From: Dehalococcoidia bacterium
GTDB lineage: Bacteria > Chloroflexota > Dehalococcoidia > UBA2979
Reading direction: 5' to 3'
DNA: 64,000 bases
Assembly: GCA_050248355.1 (NCBI GenBank)
Contig: JBFWSN010000004.1
Coordinates: 81,151 to 145,150 of the forward strand
The notes below the pieces were generated by a model that saw nothing but the letters and a program-made list of their open reading frames with translations, did not search any database and was not told the origin of the DNA. The position numbers and the translations under genes were made by a program. Numbering within the stretch: position 1 is the stretch's first letter; every line of letters begins with the position of its first letter. Positions 1-7,883 of the stretch are shown one piece after another.

Positions 1-244
1 CCCGGTGCTGCGCCACGAAATGCGCCGCGTCGCTCGTCGAATCGTTCGGCCGGCTGATCTCGAGGAACATCTCCCCCATCGGGATCTCGATGCTCGTCAC
101 GCCGTCGTACGTCCCGGCGCGCCCCTCCGGCCACGGGGAGCGATGCAGGTCGATCGCCAGCCCCCACCCGTCGCAGAAGACGTGCCTCCCCACCTCGAGG
201 TCATCGACCAACATCGCCACGTGGTCGACCTTCGTGAACGCCAT
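1..244 (-). CDS. VOC (glyoxalase/bleomycin-resistance/dioxygenase fold) family protein, partial (3' end outside window)
   Basis: Own reverse-complement translation from the ATG at 244 gives MAFTKVDHVAMLVDDLEVGRHVFCDGWGLAIDLHRSPW..., a typical VOC N-terminal beta-alpha-beta pattern. It is absent from the ORF track because no stop lies inside the window. Confidence 0.55.
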   Translation of the reverse strand, partial: MAFTKVDHVAMLVDDLEVGRHVFCDGWGLAIDLHRSPWPEGRAGTYDGVTSIEIPMGEMFLEISRPNDSTSDAAHFVAQHR

Positions 245-392
245 CCACCGCCCCCCGTCCACATGCGAGTCAAAGCGTCCGCGATTCTACATGACTGCGC
301 CGCCGCCCCGCGCGAGCGGCAAGTGAGCGGCGCTCTCCTGCCCCCGCCCCGCTTCGCGGGGGACAGTAGGGGAGGAGATTCCGATGCCGCCT

Positions 393-1676
393 CTAGCCGA
401 TCGCCCCCGCCTCTCGCAGTCGTGCGATCTCGCCGTCCTCAATCCCGTGCTCCCGCAGGATCTCCTCCGTGTGCCGCCCCAGCGGTGGCGACGGCATCGA
501 GGAGCCCGTCGGCGTCTCCGACATGAACACGATCGGCCCCGTCGTGCGCTCGGGCCCCGTCAACTCGTGCTCGAGTTCGATCATGTACCCCATCGCCTCC
601 ACCTGCGGGTCGTCCGCCATCTCCTCCGGGTAGTTCACCTTCGAGATCGGCGCGCCCACCGCAGCGAACGCCTCCACCCACTCGTCCATCGTCTTCGTCA
701 ACATGATCCCTCGCACCCGCTCGAGCATCATGTCGACCAGCTTCCTGTTCTCGGGGTCCAGCGAGTTGAACTCCGGGTCCGCCGTCGGGTCGTCTTCGAT
801 CCCGATCGCCTTGCGCATCTGCTGCCGGTTCAGCGGCGTCAGCGCTCCGAGGATCACCCCGCCGTCCTTCACGGCGTACCCGCCGTAGAACAGCCGCGCC
901 GCCGCTCGCCCCGACTGGTCGAACATGCTCCCTCGTGCCGCGATCTGCTCCCGGTACGACCCCCCCTCCGACTGCACCTTCCGCACGCGCTCCATCATCA
1001 CGTCGGTCGTCGCCACGTCGATCACCGGCAGTCGCCCGATGCGCGTCGCCTGCAGCGCCAGTCCTGCCTGCAGCAAGGACGTCTCGATGAACTGCCCCTG
1101 CCCCGTCCGTGCTCGGTGATACAGCGCCGCCGAGATCGCCATCGCGCCCGCGAGGCCCGCGTGGAAGTCCGCCGGGGCCGTCGCCGTGATGATCTCCGGC
1201 GCGCCGTACTCATCGACCTTCCCGTCTCCCGCCAGGAGCCCCGAGTACGCCTGCGCGACGGCGTCCGACCCCGAGGCCCTGGCGTACGGCCCTCGCCGCC
1301 CGAAGCCCGTGTTCTCGAAATAGATGAGGTCCGGCCGGAACTTCCGCAGCGTTTCATAGTCGACCTGCAGCCGCTCCGGCACTCCCACCCGCGCGTTGAT
1401 GATGAACACGTCGAAGTTCGGGATGATCCGATGCACCAGCGCCTGCGCGTCCGGAGACTGCAGGTCGAGCACGAGCGACCGTTTCCCGCGGTTCAGCGCG
1501 TGGAACCCCTTGCTCTCCCCCGGGATGAACCCGCCCGAGGCGCGGATGCCCTCTCCCGCCGGTGGCTCCACCTTCACCACGTCCGCCCCGAGGTCCACCA
1601 GGTTCAGGCCGCAGTACGGCCCCGCCACGATCTGCGACACCTCGAACACCTTGATCCCGTGCAACGGCCCTGGCAT
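393..1676 (-). CDS. CoA transferase, family III (CaiB/BaiF type)
   Basis: ORF 393..1709. The sequence GIKVFEVSQIVAGPYCGLNLVDLGADVVKVEPPAGEG is the family III CoA-transferase N-terminal signature. Start moved to the ATG at 1676 (MPGPLHG), which has GGAGG 6 nt upstream. Confidence 0.85.
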   Translation of the reverse strand: MPGPLHGIKVFEVSQIVAGPYCGLNLVDLGADVVKVEPPAGEGIRASGGFIPGESKGFHALNRGKRSLVLDLQSPDAQALVHRIIPNFDVFIINARVGVPERLQVDYETLRKFRPDLIYFENTGFGRRGPYARASGSDAVAQAYSGLLAGDGKVDEYGAPEIITATAPADFHAGLAGAMAISAALYHRARTGQGQFIETSLLQAGLALQATRIGRLPVIDVATTDVMMERVRKVQSEGGSYREQIAARGSMFDQSGRAAARLFYGGYAVKDGGVILGALTPLNRQQMRKAIGIEDDPTADPEFNSLDPENRKLVDMMLERVRGIMLTKTMDEWVEAFAAVGAPISKVNYPEEMADDPQVEAMGYMIELEHELTGPERTTGPIVFMSETPTGSSMPSPPLGRHTEEILREHGIEDGEIARLREAGAIG

Positions 1677-1820
1677 CTCCGCCTCCCCTCGAGGACCACA
1701 CTGGGCCACCGTTATATCACACGCGTTGATGTCGCCTGCCTGGCGACCACCTGCCCGTCACAGCAAGGGGCCCCGGTCGTACGACCGGGGCCCTCCCCGC
1801 AACTCCGTCGAGGAATCGCG

Positions 1821-3596
1821 CTACTTATCCAGCCAGCCGGAATGCACCTGGTCACCCCAGTTGTAGTAGGAGGAGTTGTCGCCCGGCGCGGAGCCCGTCC
1901 AACGGACACCCCGCATCCACGGCTGGTACACCTCGGGCGTGAACCCGTTCACCAGCGGCGGCCGGTACATCATGTCCAGCTCCTTGTCCCAGATCTTGCG
2001 CCAGATCTCCTTGCGCTTGTCCGGGTTCAGCTCCACCTGCTGCGCGTCCGCCCACGTGTCGATGTCCGGGTCCGCGAACTGCGAGCGGTTACCCGTCGAC
2101 TTCGAGTGCACCTGGCCGTGGAAGTAGTTGTCCGCGTCGAACCCCGTCGTCAGCCACCCCGAGGTCGAGAACTCGGGCAGCTTCCGTCCCGTCCACTGCG
2201 AGTTGAACGTGGTGTAGTCCACCTTCCCGCCCGTCATCGTGATGCCGGACTCGCGGAACATCGGCACGAGCACCTCGGCCAGCTTCTCGTACGCCAGCGT
2301 GTAGTTGTAGAACATGTTGTTGAAGGTCAGGTCCGGCACCCCCGCCGCCGACAGCAGGGCCTTCGCCTCCGTCGGAGAGTACCCCGCCCACTTGCCAAGG
2401 TTGCCCGACTCGGCCGTCGGTACTTCATTGAACAGGTACGTCCACGGGATCGCGTGGCCCTTCGTCCCGAATCCCTCGTAGATGAGCTGCAGCAGCGTGT
2501 CCCGGTTGATCGCCAGCGACACAGCCCGCCGCACGCGGGGATCCGTGAACTTCGGGTTCGAGTTGTTGAACGCCACGGCCAGCGTCGCGAACGCCGGCAG
2601 CAGGTTCACCTGGATGTCCGGGTTCGTCTTCTTCAGGCTGTCGATGTCCGAGAACGTCGACACCACCGCATAGGCGTACTCGATCTGCCCCGCCCGGAAC
2701 GCCGCCAGCCGCGATGCGTGGTCCGGCATGATCCGGAACTCGAACCCGTCGAGGAGCACCTGCTTCTCCCAGTAGTCCGGGTTCTTGTCGAACGCCACCC
2801 GCGTCCCCGGGATCATCTCCTTCAGGATCATCGGCCCTGTGCCGATGCCCCGCTTGCTGATCGTCCCGTCGTCGACCAGCTCCTTCGGGAAGATCGTCTG
2901 CTTGTTGCTGCCCAGCGGGTTCAGGAAGTCGACCACGGGCCGCTTCATGTTCACCTTGAACGTGAGGTTGTCGACGACCTCGAACCCCGCGACGTTCGCG
3001 TAGTACTGCTGGTGCGCCCCCGTCTTCGAGTACCGCTCGAGCGCGTACGCGGCGTCGGCCGCCACGAACGGCCGGCCGTTCAGCGGCGCGAGGTTCTGCC
3101 ACTTGATCCCGTCCTGGATCTTGAACGTGAACGTCAGCCCATCGGGCGTCCGCTCCCAGGACTTCGCCAGCTCCGGCTCCAGGATCGGCGCATCGAAGAC
3201 ATCCGCCGCCGGTCCTCGTTTGATGCCGATCAGGCGGTTGTAGAACATGTTCGGGATCGTCACCGTCCCGCCCGCCGCCGAGATCGTCGGGTCGATGTCC
3301 GCGACGTCCCATGTGGCGGCCACCCGCATCACCCCGCCGGGCTTCGGCTCCGTTGCCGGGTCGGGGAAGTTGAACGGGTAGGGCAGGGTCGAGTCCTGGA
3401 CCAGCTCGCCCGGTCCCGTCTGCGCACTCGCCGCCGTTGTCGGTTCCGCGCCCGCTGGCTCGTCCCCCTCATCGTCACTGCCGCACCCGATCAGCGCCGC
3501 CGTCGCCAGCCCCGCGCCCGCCAGCACCGACCCGCGAAGCAACGTCCGTCGCCCCAGCAATGCCGACGCTCCCCACTCCCGCAGCTCGTTCTCCAT
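1821..3596 (-). CDS. ABC transporter substrate-binding lipoprotein, family 5 (peptide/nickel type), Tat signal
   Basis: ORF 1821..3827. Start trimmed to MENELREW at 3596. Twin-arginine signal plus lipobox (RRTLLRGSVLAGAGLATAALIGC). The body shows family-5 SBP character (KWQNLAPLNGRPF, NPDYWEK). Confidence 0.85.
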   Translation of the reverse strand: MENELREWGASALLGRRTLLRGSVLAGAGLATAALIGCGSDDEGDEPAGAEPTTAASAQTGPGELVQDSTLPYPFNFPDPATEPKPGGVMRVAATWDVADIDPTISAAGGTVTIPNMFYNRLIGIKRGPAADVFDAPILEPELAKSWERTPDGLTFTFKIQDGIKWQNLAPLNGRPFVAADAAYALERYSKTGAHQQYYANVAGFEVVDNLTFKVNMKRPVVDFLNPLGSNKQTIFPKELVDDGTISKRGIGTGPMILKEMIPGTRVAFDKNPDYWEKQVLLDGFEFRIMPDHASRLAAFRAGQIEYAYAVVSTFSDIDSLKKTNPDIQVNLLPAFATLAVAFNNSNPKFTDPRVRRAVSLAINRDTLLQLIYEGFGTKGHAIPWTYLFNEVPTAESGNLGKWAGYSPTEAKALLSAAGVPDLTFNNMFYNYTLAYEKLAEVLVPMFRESGITMTGGKVDYTTFNSQWTGRKLPEFSTSGWLTTGFDADNYFHGQVHSKSTGNRSQFADPDIDTWADAQQVELNPDKRKEIWRKIWDKELDMMYRPPLVNGFTPEVYQPWMRGVRWTGSAPGDNSSYYNWGDQVHSGWLDK

Positions 3597-3779
3597 CCCG
3601 TCTCGCTCCCTCCCTGTGCCCTCGTTCCCGACCCCTCGAACCCCCCGAGGCGGTCGATGACGATCATGGTACGAACAAAATTCGTGATTGGATGCCCGCT
3701 CGGCACGGATTCTGTCCTCCGCCGCGACCTCCTCCGGCGGCACGTGCGGATTACTGGCGTGATGGGATATCGTGCCCGA

Positions 3780-5144
3780 ATGAGTTCCGCCGAAGCCACG
3801 TCGCCCGCCTCTGAGGCGCCGGCACACCGCTCACCGTTCTTCTATGGCTGGTGGCTGGTCGTCGGCGGCTTCAGCGCCATGGCCCTCAATGGCGCGCTGC
3901 TCTTCCACGCCTTCGGCTCCTACGTCGTGCTCCTCAAGGACGACTTCGGGTGGAGCGGCACCGCGTTCGCCGTCGCCTTCGCCCTTCAGCGCGTGGAGAC
4001 CGGCCTCCTCGGGCCGGTCGATGGCTGGTTCGTCGACCGTTTCGGCCCTCGTCGGATGATGATCATCGGGCTCACCGTCCACGGCCTCGGGTTCCTCATG
4101 CTCAGCCAGGTGAACAGTCTCGCGATGTTCTACGTCGCCTTCCTCGTCATCGCCCTCGGCGGCGCGATGGGCTCCTTCCTCCCCGCCTCCGTCGCCGTCG
4201 TGAACTGGTTCTCACGTCGCCGCGCCACGGCCCTCGCTGTCATGATGCTCGGCCTCGCCGCCGGCGGCCTCGTCCAGCCCCTCGTCGTCCTCGGCCTCGA
4301 GGAGCTCGGCTGGCGAGGCATGGCGTTCCTGTCCGGCGTGATCGTCATCCTCGCGGGCGCGCCCATCGGTCTGCTCTTCCGCCACCACCCCGAGCCCTAC
4401 GGCTGGGAAGTCGACGGCGCCGCCCCTCAGCCACGCCCCGCTCCCCCCGCCAGCTCGGCGTCCGCTCCCGCCGAGGTCACGCGGCTCTCAGCCGAGGTCA
4501 ACTTCACCGCCCGGCAGGCCCTGCGCACCCGGGCGTTCTGGCTCATCGGTGTGGGCCACGGGCTCTCGTTGCTCGTCACGGGCGCCGTGATGGTCCACTT
4601 CCAGGCCCACGTCCGCGATAGCCTCGGTTACTCCCTCGGCACCGCCGCCGGGATGATCACGCTGATGACCGTCATGCAGGTGCTCGGGCAGGTCGCCGGC
4701 GGCTACTTCGGCGACCGCCTCAGCAAGCGGCTGCTCATCGTCGTTGCCATGGTGCTCAGCTCTGCGGGCCTGATCATGCTCGCCGCCGCCTCGGCCCTCT
4801 GGATGGTCGCCGCCTTCGCCGTCCTGAACGGCCTCGGCTTCGGCGCTCGCATCCCCCTCACCACCGCCATCCGAGCCGACTACTTCGGTGGCCGCAACTA
4901 CGGCGTCATCTCAGGCTTCAACTCGATGGTCGTGACTGTCGGCATCATCGCCGGCCCGGTGATCGCCGGCGCGGCCTTCGATGCGACCGGCAGCTATGTG
5001 CGTGCCTTCACCGGCCTCGCCATCGTCGCCGGCCTCGGCTCGCTCTGCTTCATCTTCCTCCGCAAGCCCGACCCACCCGACGAGACCGAGGGCACGCGCC
5101 ACCGCGTGCCCCAGGCCGTCGTCGCCCCCAGCTCCGGCTCGTAG
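3780..5144 (+). CDS. MFS transporter
   Basis: This is the 3' third of the artefactual 1586-aa ORF 384..5144. From MSSAEATS... onward there are about 12 hydrophobic helices and an MFS loop motif (GPVDGWFVDRFGPRR). An alternative ATG lies at 3762. Confidence 0.85.
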   Translation: MSSAEATSPASEAPAHRSPFFYGWWLVVGGFSAMALNGALLFHAFGSYVVLLKDDFGWSGTAFAVAFALQRVETGLLGPVDGWFVDRFGPRRMMIIGLTVHGLGFLMLSQVNSLAMFYVAFLVIALGGAMGSFLPASVAVVNWFSRRRATALAVMMLGLAAGGLVQPLVVLGLEELGWRGMAFLSGVIVILAGAPIGLLFRHHPEPYGWEVDGAAPQPRPAPPASSASAPAEVTRLSAEVNFTARQALRTRAFWLIGVGHGLSLLVTGAVMVHFQAHVRDSLGYSLGTAAGMITLMTVMQVLGQVAGGYFGDRLSKRLLIVVAMVLSSAGLIMLAAASALWMVAAFAVLNGLGFGARIPLTTAIRADYFGGRNYGVISGFNSMVVTVGIIAGPVIAGAAFDATGSYVRAFTGLAIVAGLGSLCFIFLRKPDPPDETEGTRHRVPQAVVAPSSGS

Positions 5145-5160
5145 CCGCCGAGGCGTCCCC

Positions 5161-6015
5161 CTACTCGCGAGGCTTGCTCCGGGGGCCGCCCGGCTCTGGG
5201 ATGAACGGCCCATCCCGCTTCTGCAGGAACGCCCGCAGCCCCTGCTCCCGCTGCACCGCGTACAGCTCCTCGACGTCCTCGGCGTCTGTCATCGAGTGCA
5301 CCGCCGTCGAAATGAACCCGCCGACGTTCAGCCCGTTGCGCAGCCCCATCGCCTGCAGCCCGTGGATCGTCAGCGCCTTGTTCATCCGCACCGAGTCCGG
5401 CGGCACCTGCGCCAGCCGTCGCGCCAGCTCGTTCGCCCGCTCCAGCAGCCGCTCGTGAGGCACCACCTCATTGATGCATCCCATCCGCAGCGCTTCCTCA
5501 GGCCCGAAGTGGTCGCCCGTCAGCGCGTACCGGTGCGCGTTCTTCCACCCCACGAGCGCCGGGAACAGGAACGAGGAGTTCGAGATCATCCGCACCTCGG
5601 GCTGCCCGAATGTCGCCTGCTCCGAGGCGATCGTGATGTCGCACGCCAGCGAGTACCAGAACCCCCCGCCGAGGCACCACCCGTTCACCGCCGCGATCAC
5701 CGGCTTCGACAGCTCCATGATGTGCATCATCTGCTGTCCGTGACGCCAGTCCGTCTCCACCCAGCGGTTCAGCACGTCGCGGTGCCGCTGCACCTCGGGC
5801 CGGTCCCCTCCGAGGTCATACCCCGCCGAGAACGCCGGCCCGTTCCCCGTCAGGATGATCGCCCGCACCTGCGGGTCCCCCGCCGCCTCGTCCAGCGCCT
5901 GGTGGATCTCCGCCTCCAGCGGCCGCGACAGCGCATTCATCTGCGCCGGCCGGTTGAGCGTGATCGTCGCCACCGGCGCGTCCGCCTCGTAGATCACATG
6001 CTCGTAGGCGCCCAC
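5161..6015 (-). CDS. enoyl-CoA hydratase/isomerase (crotonase) family protein
   Basis: VATITLNRPAQMNALS...ILTGNGPAFSAGYDL...VIAAVNGWCLGGG is the classic crotonase oxyanion-hole pattern. Confidence 0.85.
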   Translation of the reverse strand: MGAYEHVIYEADAPVATITLNRPAQMNALSRPLEAEIHQALDEAAGDPQVRAIILTGNGPAFSAGYDLGGDRPEVQRHRDVLNRWVETDWRHGQQMMHIMELSKPVIAAVNGWCLGGGFWYSLACDITIASEQATFGQPEVRMISNSSFLFPALVGWKNAHRYALTGDHFGPEEALRMGCINEVVPHERLLERANELARRLAQVPPDSVRMNKALTIHGLQAMGLRNGLNVGGFISTAVHSMTDAEDVEELYAVQREQGLRAFLQKRDGPFIPEPGGPRSKPRE

Positions 6016-6120
6016 TGCACACTCCTTTGCGCTCGACTCTCAGTCGGCGAGCAATCTATCACAGCAGTGATGCCTGCGAGGCGCGGACTGCCAGCCACCG
6101 ATCCAGTCAGAGCCCCCGCG

Positions 6121-6179
6121 CATGTCCCCCTCGCCCACAGCGTGGGAGAGGGGACAGGGGTGAGGGAGCAAGGGCGCGG
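6121..6179. repeat. REP-like intergenic hairpin element, copy 1
   Basis: GTCCCCCTCGCCC-N7-GGGAGAGGGG-NCAGGGGTGAGGG. About 85% identical over 47 nt to 13400..13458. The arms CCCCTCGCCC and GGGAGAGGGG can pair. Confidence 0.6.
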
Positions 6180-6248
6180 TTTGGCGGGGAAGCACGGGCA
6201 GCCGAGCGCGTCAGTTCACACCCCACGCACCCGCGGCACCCGCTGCTC

Positions 6249-6276
6249 TTGACGCATGTCGATATCGGAATATAAA
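6249..6276 (+). promoter_or_regulatory. candidate sigma-70 promoter for a leaderless arsR-family mRNA
   Basis: TTGACG (6249-6254), 16-nt spacer, TATAAA (6271-6276). The ATG at 6286 is only 10 nt downstream. The spacer contains the palindrome CGATATCG, a possible operator. Confidence 0.35.
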
Positions 6277-6285
6277 CTCGCGGCC

Positions 6286-6651
6286 ATGGCTCGCACAGCT
6301 ACCACCGCCGACGTCTTCAATGCCATCTCCGAGGTGGCGCGTCGCAATCTCCTCGATGCTATCGGCCTCGAGGAATGCACCGTCGGCGACCTCGTCCAGC
6401 GGTCGGGCCTCTCCCAGCCTCAGGTCTCGAAACATCTCGGCGTGCTCCGGGCGGTAGGCCTCGTCCGCGTGCGCTCCGAGGGCCGCAGGCGCTGGTACCG
6501 CGTCCACGGCCCCGCCCTGAGGCCGGTGCACGACTGGGTGCGCGCGTACGAACGCACCTGGAACGCTCGCCTCGACCGTCTGGACGACCTGCTCGCCGAG
6601 CTGCAGTCAGCATCACCGCAATCGGATCGCACCGAGGAGGATTCACCATGA
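6286..6651 (+). CDS. ArsR/SmtB family transcriptional regulator
   Basis: Winged-HTH sequence VFNAISEVARRNLLDAIGLEECTVGDLVQRSGLSQPQVSKHLGVLRAVGLV. The ORF-track start at 6256 lies inside the putative promoter, so ATG 6286 is preferred. Confidence 0.85.
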   Translation: MARTATTADVFNAISEVARRNLLDAIGLEECTVGDLVQRSGLSQPQVSKHLGVLRAVGLVRVRSEGRRRWYRVHGPALRPVHDWVRAYERTWNARLDRLDDLLAELQSASPQSDRTEEDSP

Positions 6652-7154
6652 CCAACGCCATCGACCGCCGCGGCTCCGCCGTCGTCACTCTCCCCTCAGA
6701 CCGCGAGATCGTCATCACCCGTCAGTTCGACGCTCCCGCCTCGCTCATCTTCCAGGCCCACACCACGCCCGAACTCGTGAAGCGCTGGTGGGGCTTCGAG
6801 ACCTCCGAGTGGCTCGTGTGCGAGATCGACCTCCGCGTCGGCGGACGCTGGCGCTACATGACCCGTGAAGCCGAGGGCTTCGAGGTCGCCTTCCACGGCG
6901 AGTTCCGCGAGATCGACCCGCCCGGCCGCCTCGTCTACACCGAGGTCTACGAAGGCTTCGAGGACGGCGACCCCGAGGCCGCAGCCGCTCTCAACACCAT
7001 CACCCTCGAGGAGCGCGACGGCGTCACCACCATGACCGCCGTCTCCGTCTACGCCGAGAAGGCGCACCGCGACATAGTGATCGCCTCTGGCATGGAGCAG
7101 GGCATGCAGGTCTCCCTCGACCGCCTCGAGGTCGTCGCGAAGGGCCTCCGCTAA
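6648..7154 (+). CDS. SRPBCC/AHSA1 (activator of Hsp90 ATPase homolog 1-like) domain protein
   Basis: MTNAIDRRGSAVVTLPSDREIVITRQFDAPASLIFQAHTTPELVKRWWG is the AHSA1 family pattern. Its start overlaps the arsR stop as ATGA, the common ArsR-AHSA1 pairing. Confidence 0.85.
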   Translation: MTNAIDRRGSAVVTLPSDREIVITRQFDAPASLIFQAHTTPELVKRWWGFETSEWLVCEIDLRVGGRWRYMTREAEGFEVAFHGEFREIDPPGRLVYTEVYEGFEDGDPEAAAALNTITLEERDGVTTMTAVSVYAEKAHRDIVIASGMEQGMQVSLDRLEVVAKGLR

Positions 7155-7183
7155 CCTCGCACGCATCCGCTTCCCCGCCCGCA

Positions 7184-7229
7184 CGCGCTACCGTCGGCAC
7201 GCGCGGGCAGGGAGGTTCCAGTGAGCGCC
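7184..7229 (+). repeat. 46-nt direct repeat, left copy (pseudo 5' end)
   Basis: CGCGCTACCGTCGGCACGCGCGGGCAGGGAGGTTCCAGTGAGCGCC matches 9631..9676 at 43 of 46 positions. It includes the GGGAGG Shine-Dalgarno and a start codon (GTG here, ATG in the right copy). Confidence 0.8.
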
Positions 7230-7239
7230 ACCAGCCGCC

Positions 7240-7770
7240 ATGGCGCGCGTGTCGCGGGCCCGGCTCGCGGTCGTCCCGCTAACCGCGCCGCATGCTACTG
7301 TCAGCCGCGTGTGTGCCCATTCGTCCAGGGTTGTCCTCTCCGTGAAGGCGTCAACGGTTGGCGCTTTCGGTCAATGGTTGCTCCTGCTGGCGGTGGGATG
7401 CTTGCTGCTCCAGTCGACGCTGCTGCCCGTGATTCCGGGCGCCCCGCAGGCACCGGACCACCGGCATCTCACGCTTGGGGGAGTCGTCCCTCCCCACACC
7501 CACTCCTGGGACACGGGTAGCGGGCAATCGCAGGGTCCGTCCTGTCAGCCGTCCGCGCAGGACATCGCCGATGCTGCCCGCCCGGTGGTCGTGTGTACCG
7601 GCAGCGACTCGGCCGGTGTCGGGTCAGCGGTTCCGCACGTGATGCTGCAGTCGCGCTTCTCGATGGCGGTGGCGTGCGGGTGCGAGTCCGCATCCGACTG
7701 CGGACTGTGCGGCAACTGGTCCGGCCGCGTCGTGGCTCCACTCACCCCGCCCCCGCGCTCCGCCTCCTGA
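7240..7770 (+). CDS. hypothetical Cys/His-rich membrane-anchored or secreted protein
   Basis: High GC3 in this frame. One hydrophobic helix (WLLLLAVGCLLLQSTLLPVI) is followed by HRH...HTHSW and a C-terminal CGCESASDCGLCGN cluster. The start codon is uncertain (no clear SD). Confidence 0.45.
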   Translation: MARVSRARLAVVPLTAPHATVSRVCAHSSRVVLSVKASTVGAFGQWLLLLAVGCLLLQSTLLPVIPGAPQAPDHRHLTLGGVVPPHTHSWDTGSGQSQGPSCQPSAQDIADAARPVVVCTGSDSAGVGSAVPHVMLQSRFSMAVACGCESASDCGLCGNWSGRVVAPLTPPPRSAS

Positions 7771-7883
7771 CGCCGCGGGGGACGATCCCCCGCGAGCCCC
7801 TGACACTCGCCCGGCGCGCTGAGCAACCGCCAGCGCCGCCTCTTGAGGCGGTCGCCGGCGCTGAGTGCGTGCGCGCCTCGACC

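Noticed and set aside
3671-3685. The palindrome ACGAA-caaaa-TTCGT in the SBP/MFS divergent region, which looks like a LexA box.
   Set aside because: The half-site spacing and sequence (CGAAC-N4-TTCG) are one nucleotide short of the GAAC-N4-GTTC box seen at recA. It may be an operator for another regulator, but there is no further support.
384-5144. A 1586-aa ORF on the plus strand, the longest in the track.
   Set aside because: It is an artefact of high GC. The first two thirds run antisense to the CoA-transferase and SBP genes and translate to Arg/Pro/His-rich low-complexity sequence. Only the last 455 codons (from 3780) form a credible MFS transporter.
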